From positions 88,660,001 through 88,724,000 of the forward strand of contig OZ024743.1 in assembly GCA_964016885.1 (NCBI GenBank): a stretch of DNA of 64,000 bases, given 5' to 3'. The DNA comes from Eledone cirrhosa (taxonomy: Eukaryota). The notes beneath the pieces were generated by a model. It saw nothing but the letters and a program-made list of their open reading frames with translations, did not search any database and was not told the DNA's origin. Positions 27,122 to 41,450 of this stretch are shown here, in pieces (the first letter of the stretch is position 1; the number at the start of each line of letters is the position of its first letter). Both the position numbers and the translations under genes were made by a program.

Positions 27122-27404
27122 TTAACTCTTTTGATACCAATCCATCTGAAAAAATCCCACTTTCTATGATCCAAAGCTCTTTGTTTTAAAGTGTTTATAT
27201 TTATCTAAAATCCTTTTATCATAATGTTATGTAAGGACCTTTACAACATAATGTTATGTAAGAACCTTTACAACATTATGCTCCTGACTCCAGCTCAACA
27301 ATGAGAAAGTTAGTTATATTACTGAATCACTCAAAACATTCTTGATCATTTTCAAAATTTCTATGCTGTGTCTTTCATTAGAAATATGGTAAAGGCAAGG
27401 GTTA
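27122..27404. mobile_element. piggyBac-like MITE
   Basis: Ends ttaa-ctcttt ... aaggg-ttaa. Diverged relatives at ~27890-28070, 46808-47170, 57720-57936 and the duplicate at 39898-40153. Confidence 0.5.
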
Positions 27405-27420
27405 AATAAAACTTCAAATA

Positions 27421-27461
<41 letters not shown>

Positions 27462-27599
27462 TCTAATCAGAAGAAAAAACAAATTCTTCATCAATGTAGT
27501 TAAAGGAAGGTTTAACCCTTTCATTACCATGATAATAATGAAACACACTCCCCGCGGGTACAAGCCGAAGCTGAAGCATATATACAGTATGCCCCACCC

Positions 27600-27876
27600 G
27601 CTTCCCACTGTAAAGTGGTCGTGGAGGTGTCATGACAAAAATCTCCCTGTCCACACTATAAAGTGGTTGTGTAGGTGTCATGGTAAAAAAGCACCCAGTA
27701 CTCACTGTAAATAAGGTTGGTGTTAGGAAGGGCATCCAGCTGTGGAAATCAAGCCCAAATCAGTTCTGTATGAGCAAGACATGGTTACCCTACCTGGCAT
27801 TGTCCACAACAGGACAACCCATCTAACCCATGCTAGCGTAGAAGAATGGATGTAAGATGGTGATGATGATGATGAC
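27600..27876 (+). mobile_element. SINE-like family 2 copy
   Basis: Tandem cactgtaaagtggt units, gttaggaagggcatccagctgt, ctaacccatgctagcg, (gat)n. Confidence 0.75.
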
Positions 27877-28597
27877 TGCCTATGATTTTCAAATAATTTT
27901 GAAAACAATCAAGAAACTGGAGTAATTTAGTAATTTAGCTAAATTTCTCATTATTAAGCTGGTGTTTGGAACATAACTTAACAAATGTTCTTACATAAAA
28001 TGATGATGTAAGGTTTTTAGATAAATATAAACACTTTAAAACAGTTTTGTATCACAGAACCAGGTATGGTTTCAGGTGTATGTAAAAATGGAGGTGTGAC
28101 TGCATCATCCTCATTGGCATCATCGGCATCATCATCATCATCATCATCATCATCATTATCAATATCCTCATCACCACCACCACCACCACCACCACCACCA
28201 CCACCACCACCACCACCGCCGCCGCCGCCACCACCACCACCATCACCACCACCACTACCACCACCAGCACCACCATCATCATCACTGTTTTACATGTCTT
28301 TTCTATGTTTACATGGGTTAAATGTGATGTCATGTCCCGAGGCCTGCCAAGTCAGATGACCGTGTCTTGTTCATATGTTATATTCCCTCGTGGTTTCTAT
28401 AACTAGATGCCCTTCCTAATGCCAACCACTTCATGCCATGTACTAGATGTGTTTTATCATGGCATTGCTACAACCACCTAACAGGGTGGACTGGCTACTT
28501 TTTAATGTGGAGCTGCCACTACCATTGTATAGAGTAGGCTGGGTACATTTTATTATGGCACTAGCATAAATATATACACTATACGCTATATATATAT

Positions 28598-28700
28598 GTA
28601 TGTAAAAGGTAAACAAATAACAAAACAAATGACAGTGTATGGAAGAATTATATTAGTTTAACGCTTGAAATAGCAGAAAGAGAGTCTTAATGTTTCGGAC
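28598..28700 (-). mobile_element. Short TA-embedded repeat ending at an HHR-like 3' half (GAAACAUUA)
   Basis: tgtaaaaggtaaaca...gtttaacgct family, also at 54980, 61965 (-) and 63937; flanked by (TA)n. Confidence 0.5.
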
Positions 28701-28720
28701 ATATATATATATACACACAC

Positions 28721-28788
<68 letters not shown>

Positions 28789-28789
28789 T

Positions 28790-29306
<517 letters not shown>

Positions 29307-29307
29307 G

Positions 29308-29338
<31 letters not shown>

Positions 29339-29663
29339 GCATATATATATATGTATATATATATATATGCATATATATATATGTATATATATATATATAT
29401 GCATATATATATATGTATATATATATATGCTTAACCCATGTAAGCGTGGAACAACAGACATAAAATGATGATGAATACACAACAAGCTGAAACTGCTTGG
29501 CACCGTGGTTGGGATTTTACATATCTCTCTCTCTCTTCATATATGTATATCTATATATATAGCTATATATATCTATCTATATATCTATCTATATATCTAT
29601 CTATATATCTATCTATATATATATCTATATATATATCTATATATATCTATATATATATATATA

Positions 29664-29736
<73 letters not shown>

Positions 29737-29777
29737 ATATATATATCTATCTATATATATATCTATCTATCTATCTA

Positions 29778-29842
<65 letters not shown>

Positions 29843-29873
29843 ATATCTATCTATATATATATCTATCTATCTA

Positions 29874-29921
<48 letters not shown>

Positions 29922-30835
29922 ATATATCTATATATCTATCTATATATATATATCTATATATCTATATATCTATATCTCTCTCTCTCTCTCTCTCTCTCTA
30001 GATATATATATATAGATATATATAGATATCTATATATATATCCAGGGAGTGTAACACTGAGTTACTGTCGGTTCACCTGGGTGAGTACTCGATGTTTAGG
30101 TTCTCATCTGTATCGATCTAGCCCCCGACTCTGTAATGAACGGCCCTTCAAACCCTTTTTGGTGGTAATGATAGATGATCGGTGGTGAAACACGCGCCAC
30201 CAACCAATAAACATAATGAAGGAGTAACCACTCGCCCTTGTTTTATTATATATATATGTACAGACACACACCCAATGTGTTGGTGTATCTCATGCAATAT
30301 GCTTGTATATAGAGTGGGTTACGTGCTCACTAACAACTAACCCATACTAACCCATCAACTAGGCTTGTGGTCAGCAGCCACATGCCCGTTCATGGTAATT
30401 CGAATAATTCCTAGTTTAATTCTGAGTTTAATTATTCCACCACTTATCACCCATCCACCCTTCCATCCAAACCCCCAACCACCCTCCATCCACCCATCCA
30501 TACACCACTTCATTTTTTTCTTATCCTCACTCTCACTTTCCACTCCACTCCACTCCAACTCCACTTCCACTCCACTTCCACTTCCACTCCATTCCACTCC
30601 CACTTCCACTCCATTTCCACTCCACTTACACATACCTCAATCTTCACCGAAATAAATAATAAAACAAAACGTTTATCGTTTTTAAACAAATGTATTATTT
30701 TTTGCTTTGTTTTGTTTCTTCTTCTTCCACCTCTTGTTAGTCTCTCCCACTCCCTCCCTTCTATTCTATCTCACCTCATCCCTTACATAACACTGCCTTG
30801 AATTATTTGAAACAACAATGTCTACAAAATCCACA

Positions 30836-30921
<86 letters not shown>

Positions 30922-30924
<3 letters not shown>

Positions 30925-31052
30925 ATATATTTAATATAGAAATTACTTCTACAGGACTAGAACTGTTTATATATATATATACATACATATATATATATAA
31001 ACAGTTCTAGTCCTGTAGAAGTAATTTCTATATTAAATATATTATATATATA
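30922..31052. repeat. Palindrome with TA-microsatellite core (family of 32010 and 63601)
   Basis: tagaaattacttctacaggactagaactgttt ... aaacagttctagtcctgtagaagtaatttcta. Confidence 0.9.
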
Positions 31053-31105
31053 TATATATACATATATAATATATAAGATCAAAAGATGGTTAAAAGAGTT
31101 CCATG

Positions 31106-31175
31106 TATTTTATTATGCGCATTCAAAAACAAATATCATCATGCAATAACATTTGCGTTTTCGTCAGATAAAATA
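31106..31175 (-). ncRNA. Type I hammerhead ribozyme, one core A missing
   Basis: UAUUUUAU-CUGACGA-stem II (GCAAAUGUUAUU/GAUGAUAUUUGU)-GAA-UGCGCA-UA-AUAAAAUA; lies between inverted repeats 31068-31098 / 31236-31266. Confidence 0.65.
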
Positions 31176-31393
31176 GGGAGACATGATATGAAGGTTAAAA
31201 CACACTTGTGAATAGTGCAGTTTTAAATCAACATATCTTTTAACCATCTTTTGATCTTATATATTATTTATACTCCAGTCCTACAAATTGTAGAGTGCTT
31301 CTTATCCGATATCTGCATTGCTTTATTGTACTACAATAAAACTCACCTCCTACATATATACATATATATATATATAATATATTTAATATAGAA

Positions 31394-31435
<42 letters not shown>

Positions 31436-31512
31436 CTATGTGTGCTTACACACTTGTAAAAATTATCTCCTGTGATTATTCATGTTTATTTATATGTTAA
31501 TCAATTTCTAGT

Positions 31513-31559
<47 letters not shown>

Positions 31560-31563
31560 CATA

Positions 31564-31571
<8 letters not shown>

Positions 31572-31610
<39 letters not shown>

Positions 31611-31652
31611 AATTATTGTGTACAGTGCTCAGGTGCACTACAACTCATCAAA
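31572..31652 (-). mobile_element. Extreme 3' end of the CR1-type LINE
   Basis: (taa)n-tgaaattattgtgtacagtgctcaggtgcactacaactcatcaaa, matching 2350-2410. Confidence 0.85.
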
Positions 31653-31818
31653 GATAAATATTTGTAAATGATATAGTAGAAAGTATATAGCATGTTGGTC
31701 TGTCAGTCAGAAAGCTGGCCTTCTATCTCTTTATTACTTTAATATATATATATTGTAATATTGTAATATATATATTGTAATATATTGTATGAGTCTGTGC
31801 ATGCATTCATATAGATGT

Positions 31819-31956
<138 letters not shown>

Positions 31957-32009
31957 GCAGCAATTGATACATATATATATATACATATATATATACATAT
32001 ATATATATA

Positions 32010-32166
32010 ATATATTTAATATAGAAATGACTTCTACAGGACTAGAACTGTTTCATTCGAATGAAACAGTTCTAGTCCTGTAGAAGCCATTTCTATATTA
32101 AATAATTATACTCTGCTATGTATTGAGTACCTTACTTACTGTGGTTACCCCGATTGAACCCGGGAT
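32010..32166 (+). mobile_element. Near-perfect palindrome (32010-32104) plus tail, TA-embedded, with HHR 3' half
   Basis: Apex ttcattcgaatgaa; GAAACAGUUCUAGUC; tail tgtattgagtaccttacttactgtgg shared with 63736. Confidence 0.8.
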
Positions 32167-32205
32167 ACACATATCTATATCTATATCTATATCTATATAT
32201 ATATA

Positions 32206-32251
<46 letters not shown>

Positions 32252-32392
32252 AATTAAAATACTAGAGTGTGTTGGAGTTAAACACCCTCTTCATATTATA
32301 GAAATGACAGTATAAGATATAGCTCAATGTAATTAAACAGAGCCGAAGAATTATAAAAAATAAACCAAAGAAGCCTTCAATACATCAAAAGT

Positions 32393-32446
32393 CTTTATTA
32401 GCCAACAATGTTTCATCCTATTAAGGACTCATCAGGGCAAGTAAAG
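32393..32446 (-). ncRNA. Minimal type I hammerhead ribozyme, apparently intact
   Basis: CUUUAcuuGCC-CUGAUGA-GUCC uuaaua GGAU-GAAAC auu GUU-GGCuaaUAAAG. Confidence 0.85.
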
Positions 32447-33015
32447 CTACAAGAAGCACTATCGGCCAATACAAGCCAAAAACTCGGAAGAATAGGGAGT
32501 ATACATCTATTAAAGCTTAGCTTATATATATATATATATTCAGTTATTGGCGGTTTCAATAAGAGTTCTTCTGCAAACGAAACCATGGTAGGGAGATCTT
32601 TATGTAAGGGAATTTAGATAGAATATTTTTTTGTCTATCTTTTTGTCTATCTTATAACTGTAATTTTGCTTCCTGCATTTTGTTTTGTTTTATTTATTAA
32701 CTATATATATATATATATATATATATTCCTTGACTAGGTTGTGTTTTGTGTTCTTGGACAAAACACTTCATTTCATGTTGCTCCAATACACTCAGCTGAA
32801 AATGAGCACGAGGTGTAGCAGGGAGTTTAATCCTATGATGGACTGGTGTCCTGTCCAGAGGGTAGTTTTTAACCCTCAGTTGCTTAATGCCATGAAAAGT
32901 GGGATAAGCACCAGCCTGATGAATTTCTGGGCTTGAGTTAGACTTTTAGATGTATGTATGTAATGTTTCAAGAATGTATGCATAAAACCGTCTCTATTCT
33001 TTATAATATATATAA

Positions 33016-33060
<45 letters not shown>

Positions 33061-33705
33061 CATTTAAATATGTATATATGCACCCATGTGTATATATATA
33101 TATCATAACTTAATGTCCATTTTCCCTACTAGCAACATCATCATCATCATCATCATCATCATAGATATATATCCAACCCATGATGCAAGCATAGAAAATA
33201 GATGTTAAATGGTGATGATGATAACATTGATGATGATGATAATGAAACACCTATACAAGCACCCATATACTCCGCCAACACATGTTGACATCTATACATA
33301 CAATAGCACATACATACACTCATGCATACATACACACACATACATACATACATACATACATACATACATACATACATACATACATACATAAGACCTAGTG
33401 CCACAATATAATGCACCCAATACACTCTGTAAAGTGACTGCTAAATGAATGGCGTCCATATACAATTATGTGGAGTCTCTAGTCTTGCAGAGGACAAAAC
33501 AATCTCGCTATGGCGAGTGCCTTGATAAAATGCACCCAGTACACTTTGTAAAGGGGTTGGAATGTATGAGTGAGACATGGTCATCTAAGTAGTCACAAGG
33601 GGTAGCAACTCAAGCTGGGAGGACATGTCCAATCCACACCAGCATGGGAAGTGGACATAAAATAAGGATTATGATGAAAAATTATATACATTACATTCCT
33701 CATAT

Positions 33706-33965
33706 ATCATCATCATCATCATCTTCGTTTAACGTCCATCTTCCACGCTAGCATGGGTTAGACGGGAGTTGTCCCACTTGAGGCAAGGCTGGTCGGGTGA
33801 CCGTGTCTCGCTCATATAGGACTATCTGGCAGGTTTTCTATGGCTGGATGCCCTTCCTAACACCAACCACATTTACAGTGTGGAACTGGGAACTTTTTAC
33901 CGTGTTACCTACACGGCCACATTACAGCGTGGACTGTGTGTGTTTTTTGTCGTGACACCTACACG
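33706..33965 (-). mobile_element. SINE-like family 2 copy
   Basis: (cat)n-gtttaacgtccatcttccacgctagcatgggttag ... gctggatgcccttcctaacaccaaccac. Confidence 0.8.
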
Positions 33966-34474
33966 ATCTCAATCTCATTATCTCATGCTGTTGGTGGGAG
34001 TGGGAGGATAGGGTAGGGGTAGTGTATATTTGGTTAAGAGGTGCCTACTGACTGTAGGTTTCGCTTTGTACAATATATATATATATATGTGTGTGTGTGA
34101 GTGTGTGTGTGCATTACTGGTACCTTATTTTATTGATCCCATAAGGATGAAGGCAAAGTTAATCCCAGTGGGATTTGAGTTCAGAATGTAAAGTCCGTAA
34201 CTCTATGCCACAAAGCCTCAAATTTTCCCCAACATGGTTACCATTTTATTTGTTTCATTATATATGTTGTCTCCTTACACTTGTGAAATGTCTTGGGTTA
34301 ATTTACCCCATGGATTACACTTTGGATGAATCAGTTCATTCTATTTCTGGATTGCAGAAAACACATTCTTCTTTGAAATTTTGTAATTTTGAACTTGAAA
34401 TTTTCTTGGTATATCTTAACTAAGTTTGATCTCATGTTTATATATATATAATGTGCGTGTATGTATATATATAT

Positions 34475-34665
34475 CCGTATGTGGTTGACGGTTGAGAGAA
34501 AGTGGTACTCAATAATAAAGTAGAGTTTTGATATTCATTTTATTAAGGCTAAATAGTGAGTCTTGTTACTCTGGAGTTTTATCTGTTTATCTCAGGGTCA
34601 TCAGATGACCCTGTAATAAACAGGTGAAACTCCAGAGTAACAAGACTCACTATTTAGCCTTAATA
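34475..34665. mobile_element. Fold-back insert whose apex is an HHR CUGAUGA box
   Basis: Arms 34541-34601 / 34605-34665. The right arm reads CAGAUGA-CCCUG..CAGGU-GAAACUC ca GAGUA-ACAAGAC. Relatives at 44240 and 62735. Confidence 0.8.
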
Positions 34666-34699
34666 GTGAGTGTTGTTAATAAAATGAATATATATATAT

Positions 34700-34885
34700 A
34701 ATTGTTTCTACTTTTGGCACAAGGCCAGCAATCACCCCATTGTATTACTGGTACTTTATTTTATCAACCCCGTAAGGATGAAAGGAAAAGTTAACCTCGG
34801 CAGGATTTGAACTCAGATTATAAAGGGCCGTAGCTCTATGCTGCAAAGCATGGCGTCTGACCCTCTACCAATACTGCCAATCCAC
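34700..34885 (-). mobile_element. tRNA-derived SINE family 1 copy
   Basis: Reverse complement of tggcagtatcggtag..gagttcaaatcc.gccgaggttaac..gctggccttgtgccaaaagtagaaacaat. Confidence 0.85.
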
Positions 34886-35364
34886 TATTCGCAGGGATTA
34901 CTCTCCTAGAGCACCCGTGAAGAGTGAAAAACATGAATAACCGAGACTGCGAATGCTGGGACCAGGGCCTTGAATGCTGAGGGTACACTGTATATATATA
35001 TATATACATGTTTAGTATTGGTGAACAGGAGAATGAATGCTCAATATCCCAGTAGAGATTTGATCCAGTAGCCTGTTTTTTAAAAATTCCCTTCTGTGCT
35101 GCAGGTTTCTCTGACAGCTATAGACTGCATGCAAGGGAAACCCTGGGTTAACTGGCTATTGGATCAGCCTATATATCTATATATTATATGTGTGTGTTTG
35201 TATATATATATAAATATATATATGTTAGGCTGTTTGCCAATGGGTAGAACTGGTGGTTTGGGTAGGTAAATGATTTACTTTAGAATATTAATTCAGCTTT
35301 CATAGAATTAAAATTCTAAAGTAAATTTTCCAGTCCGGCCTTCTGTTGTTATTTTAATGAATAT

Positions 35365-36080
<716 letters not shown>

Positions 36081-36415
36081 AGAAAGATTTGAATAGATAC
36101 AGTTTAGTTGAAAGGAATTTATTGACACGTATATATATACACACACACACACATCTATATATATATTTAATATAATATATAATATAATATAATATATATA
36201 TAATAAAATATATAGAAATACACACACATACACATATATATGTATGTGTTTATATAAAGATGTGAATGTAGGGTTGTAGAATAATAGGTATAAAAATATC
36301 AACAAACACGGAGGTGGGGTGGGGTGCGTGACTCATTACATGTAGCTAAGATGTGTTTATTATGTGTGATACACACACACACTCATACTCACATATACAT
36401 ATGTGTGTACAAGTA

Positions 36416-36462
<47 letters not shown>

Positions 36463-36514
36463 ATAATAATAAATTTGAAGACTAAAATCCAATTGCTTAA
36501 ACTTTAATCTGTTA

Positions 36515-36563
<49 letters not shown>

Positions 36564-36622
36564 GTGAGGTTTTTTTTTACAAAATGAAAAATAACCGAGG
36601 TGTCCTACACGAGTGAAAGTAT

Positions 36623-36845
36623 AAGAAAATCGAAAATGCAACTGGAGTCTTATTTTTAAAAAAATATATATATTTATTTGGTTCCTTTACGGGTTTTGCA
36701 GTTCTTCTGCTTTTCAAAAGTAGAGTTGAGATGGAGGGTCTGTGGTTTTTCTTTGAAAAGCAGAAGAACTGCGAAACCGGTCAAGAAACCAAATAAATAT
36801 ATATATTTAAAAAAAAAAAGACTCCAGTTGCATTTTCGATTTCAT
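36623..36845. mobile_element. Fold-back insert, arms ~36623-36720 / 36751-36845
   Basis: Reverse-complementary arms around a 30-bp spacer; TA repeats nearby on both sides. Confidence 0.88.
36743..36791 (+). ncRNA. Minimal type I hammerhead ribozyme, U3-A8 core variant, apparently intact
   Basis: UGGUUUUUCU-UUGAAAA-GCAG aagaa CUGC-GAAAC cg GUC-AAGAAACCA. The opposite arm has G12A. Confidence 0.8.
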
Positions 36846-37024
36846 CTTTTTTCCTTATATATATATAAGGGAATGAATATGACCGCAGCTAGTAAACAAG
36901 GACCCACACCTCACCCACCCGCACCAAAATTAGACTTATCGTCCCCTACTTTTGCTCTTTACTCTCTTTACTCTTTGTTCTTGAATGTTTGGTTGGTAGA
37001 GTCCATAACACCAATCAAACCCTT

Positions 37025-37084
37025 TTTATAGCTCTGACGAATCCTACGCTTACGTAAGGAAGAAACATTGTAAGCCAATATAAA
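37025..37084 (+). ncRNA. Minimal type I hammerhead ribozyme
   Basis: UUUAUA GCU-CUGACGA-A UCCU ACG cuua CGU a AGGA A-GAAAC auu GUA-AGC caa UAUAAA. Confidence 0.8.
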
Positions 37085-37309
37085 TACAGAGTATATATAT
37101 ATAAATACAGAGTATTTCATTAGAAATACAATCACAAAAGTGCTTTATATGTATATCTATCTATGTATATCTGTCTATGTGTGTGTGTATAATAATAATT
37201 GTTTCTACTTTTGGCACAAGGCCAGCAATTACCCAGTGCATTACTGGTACTTTATTTTATCGACCCCGTAAGGATGAAAGGCAAAGTAAACCTCGGGGGG
37301 TGTATGTAT

Positions 37310-38174
37310 AATAATAATAATAATAATGAAATTATTGTGTAAAGTGCTCAGGTGCACTACAACTCGTCAAAGGTGCATGTATAGTACATAGAATAATACA
37401 CAAATGTCAGGGAAGTGAATAGTGTATGAGTCATGATATACATGTGTATATGTGAATGGAGAGGGAACATTAGGTGTAGTGTTAGCGAATCTCGGGAAGC
37501 ATGGAGGCCTTAAAGGATGCAGTGTCTCGACAGCTAACAACTGATGCAGGTAGTTTGTTCCACGCTTCAGCAACTCTGAGCGTGAAAAAATGTTTCCGAA
37601 AGTCATGGGAGCTGTGCTGTTTTCTGACTTTGTGGGCATGCCCACGTGTGTTAGACACATGGAAATCAAAAAGGTACTCAGGGTTGTTGTTGGCAAGATG
37701 GTTAACAGTTTTGTGGGTGTTTACCAGTCAGTTGCCAGGCGTCGGAGCTTCAATGTATCCATGCCCAGGGAAGCAAGGCGCTCAGAGTATGGTAGATGCC
37801 TGATGGAGGGTATTCGCTTGGTTGCACGTCTCTGAACAGTTTCCAGGCGGTCAATGTTCTGAGCAAGATAGGGGTTCCAGACTGATGATGCAAGTTCTAA
37901 GTGTGGCCGCACTATAGCCATGTACAGCCTTAAATAGATAGCTGGAGAGCGGCTGACAAAGGTCTTGCTGAGTGATGCTAAGACACCCTCGGCCCTCTTG
38001 ACAATTTTAGAGACGTGCTTCGTCCAACGCAAATCGCTGCTGACCGTAATGCCCAGGTCACGTTCACAAGAAGACTTCTTGATATTAGTGCTGTGGAGGG
38101 AGTATGTGGACGCTGGGTTTTTACTCCCAAAATGCATGGTGGTGCACTTGTCCACAGCTAGCTTGAGTTGCCAG
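37310..38174 (-). mobile_element. 5'-truncated CR1-type LINE, second copy
   Basis: WQLKLAVDKC...LRRLA, homologous to 2345-3214; (TAA)n tail; 5' end abuts (TA)n. Confidence 0.95.
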
Positions 38175-38514
38175 TATATATATATATATATATACACACA
38201 CATAGATAGATATACATATGAAACACTTTTGTGATTGTATTTGTAATGAAATACTCTTTATTTTGACTAAATAATGAAGAATTTGAAGGGTTACACTAAA
38301 ATTCTTATTTATTTCATTATCAGAATGGTTTTTGTAACAAAAGGTTTTATAATGGTGGTGCTGCAGCATGGTCTCAGCCTTTAAGCTAGAACAAGTAATA
38401 GAGTAATAGAGTAATATAAAATAATGGCTGGTTTTGTGCAGGTTGGTATATATATATATATATATATATATATGGTGATAGAGGACTAGAATTGTTTCAT
38501 TTGTATAGATATAA

Positions 38515-39050
38515 TCTTCTTCATCATTTTACCTCTGTTGTTCCAAACTCACGTGGGTTGGACAGGTCCGTCTTAGTACAGCATCTTACCACTTGTCACA
38601 TTCCTTTGTTATCTCTTCTGTGAGCTTCAGCAATCTGAGATCAGCTCTAACCACTTCCGTCCAGATCTTCCCTGGTCTTCCTTGTTCTTCTTTGACTGCG
38701 GCTCTCTCCCACTGGGATTACTTGGCATTTCTTCACACATTCATCATATCTCCATACTAACGCAGTCTCCTCTCCTGCACACTACTTTTGATTCCATTTA
38801 TATGCAATTTCTCCCTCAGTTCATCAATGCTTTCTCGTTCTTGCACATTAACTTTGCACATCCATTGAAGCATGCTTAATTTCTCTCCAGATTTTGCATG
38901 TTCTCTGTGTTCACTGCCCATGTCTCACTACCATGCAGCATGGCACTTTGCACACAGATACCATAAAGCTGATTTTTTGTTGTTAGCAGAGGTAGCAGTT
39001 CCCTAAACTTCTTTCATCCGATCTTTATTGTAGCTACTATACTCTTCGCT
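38515..39050 (-). mobile_element. RTE-clade LINE 3' fragment
   Basis: AMLHGSETWAV, VQERRLR*YG, GRPGKIWTEVVRADL; 3' end resembles the SINE family 2 tail. Confidence 0.8.
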
Positions 39051-39076
39051 CCATTACTAATTATATCACCTATATA

Positions 39077-39107
<31 letters not shown>

Positions 39108-39152
39108 TAGAATATATACATATATATATATATATATATTAGAATATACACA

Positions 39153-39257
<105 letters not shown>

Positions 39258-39801
39258 TAGAATATATACATATATATACACACACACAGACATATATATC
39301 TATATGCATATATACACATACAAATACATACATATATAATGTGTGTATGTATAAAATAAAATGGTCGGTGTACATAGGATAAATAGAGCCAGTCATATAG
39401 ACAGTAGGTTGATGTAGAGATGTAAAGAGAGGGATAAGAACATGAGAGATAGTAAGAGTGAGATTTAGTGAGAGTATGAGAAGGTTGCATGGTTTATTCT
39501 GGGTGTCTAAAAACAAAAATATTATCGAGCAATATCAATGAGTACATATAGGAAAGGATATTTCCAGCTAGTATTAGAATTAATAGCATCTTTTATTTAC
39601 AGCTGATGAAAGGGATATCCCCTACTATTAGCTGCTATATATTAGTTGTTACATAATGTATTTAGGGTCCTGTCATGCCCGATGGAATTGTAAGGGTGCT
39701 GTGGTAACATGCAACCTGTCTTGAATATTTTCAACTTGGTGGAGTGTCCATCTTGTCCCTAGGTCAGAATACAGCAGTTTTCTTACAGAGAGAGAGAGGG
39801 A

Positions 39802-39839
<38 letters not shown>

Positions 39840-39882
<43 letters not shown>

Positions 39883-41250
39883 TATTTGAAGTTTTATTTA
39901 ACCCTTGCCTTTACCATATTTCTAATGAAAGACACAGCATAGAAATTTTGAAAATTATCAAGAAATGTTTTGAGTGATTCAGTAATATAACTAACTTTCT
40001 CATTGTTGAGCTGGAGTCAGGAGCATAATGTTGTAAAGGTTCTTACATAACATTATGATAAAAGGATTTTAGATAAATATAAACACTTTAAAACAAAGAG
40101 CTTTGGATCATAGAAAGTGGGATTTTTTCAGATGGATTGGTATCAAAAGAGTTAAATAACATTCCACCAGATTTGGACAAACATCGACACAACTTAGTAT
40201 TCACATTGGTACTTCTATGAGAGATGTAACATATGAAATATATAATGTGGAAAGTGATATAAGGCTAAACAATGCAAAATGGATGGTAAAGTGAAGGTAA
40301 GGAAAATGTTAGTTACCTGTTGCTGTTGTTTCTTTTGTCCTAATATTTAAATTAAATTTAAAATCTAAATTTAATTCCAAAGAGAAGAAACCAGAACTCT
40401 GAGAGTTCCTTATACTCTGAAGAAGGGAATTGTGAGACCCAAAATATTAGGACAAAAAAATAACAGCAAAAAAAAAAAAATACCAGGTAACTTACTTTTT
40501 TGTTACCTTCATCTTACTGTTCATTTTGCGTTGTTTAGCCTTCTATCTCTTTCCACATTATATATTATATACAATGCTTCAAGCAAACTACATTTTATTA
40601 TATATAAATATAATTAAAAGTATTGAAATAAACAGAGGTGGTGAATTGGCAGAGTCCTCAGAAGGTTGGGTACATTGCTTTGTGGCATATTTTCTTCCAT
40701 TTCTCTGTACTCTCTGACTTCAGATTCCGAGATCAACTTTGCATTTCATCCTTTTGAGGTTGATAAAAAAATGTACCAGTCCATTAATGAGTTGATTCTT
40801 CTTCTATATCTTTTTCTCACTTCAATATGATAGATTAGTCTACACAATTATAGATAGACCTCTTTGATAAACCTGCTTTGTGGTATTCATTCTGGCTCTC
40901 TGTGAACAGAGTTCAAATTCCACTGAGGTCAATTTTGTTTTTCATCTTTTCAAAGTCAATAAAAAAATGACCAGTCCAGTACTAAGGTTGAATCTTCATC
41001 TTTATCTCTTTCCCCACTTCCTATCTTTTACTCTCTCTTTATTTCTCTGGAAGGAAGAAAACAACTGTATAGCAGGGAATGAGCTCCACCAGGTTTAGAA
41101 AAGGCTCAAGAAATGCCATATGTCATTATGGTATCCCTTTGACTCCACCGAGAGTCACAAGTCCATACATACATGACATGCAAGAATACAGTGTAGCTAT
41201 TCTAAGACAGATTACACACAGCAAATTGAAATAAGCATATGGAGATGTAA
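39840..41250. repeat. Right copy of the inverted segmental duplication (partner 26200-27460)
   Basis: See partner; matching translated strings appear in ORFs 26213..26560 and 40880..41098. Confidence 0.9.
40240..40565 (+). mobile_element. Diverged fold-back insert with degenerate HHR (40418-40452)
   Basis: Arms 40240-40347 / 40441-40565; CUGAAGA-AGGG..CCC-AAAAUAUUA (G12A). Confidence 0.6.
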
Positions 41251-41284
41251 CACATGAAATATAATTAAGTTTTTATTAAAAAAA

Positions 41285-41450
41285 GAATAATAATGAAAAT
41301 TATTGTGTACAGTGCTCAGGTGCACTACAACTCATCAAAGGTGCATGTATAGTTCATTGAATAATGTACAAATGTCAGGAAAGTGAACAATGTATGAGTC
41401 ATGACATACACACAGACACACACATGAGTGTAAGTGTGTGGAGAGGAGTA
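41285..41450 (-). mobile_element. CR1-type LINE 3' UTR fragment
   Basis: Matches 2355-2510 and 37310-37470. Confidence 0.85.

Larger units (their letters stand above)
26200..27460. repeat. Left copy of an inverted segmental duplication (partner 39840-41250)
   Basis: 26203-26555 is a near-identical reverse complement of ~40890-41245, and 27036-27458 of ~39840-40241. Confidence 0.9.

Noticed and set aside
30160-30212. GAAACACGCGCC with flanking uuggUGGU/ACCAACCAA
   Set aside because: No CUGANGA box and no NUH; possibly a very eroded HHR but not supportable.
32575-32600. GAAACCAUGGUA (also GAAACCUACAGUC on minus ~34050 and GAAACAGUA at 55728)
   Set aside because: Only 3' halves without a recognisable 5' core, so they are not counted as ribozymes.
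32912-32935. gcctgatgaatttctgggc
   Set aside because: It is part of the 3' end of an old SINE-like repeat, with no downstream HHR elements.
39595-39640. CUGAUGA followed by the hairpin-like AAGGGAUAUCCC
   Set aside because: No properly placed GAAA..UH or stem I found.
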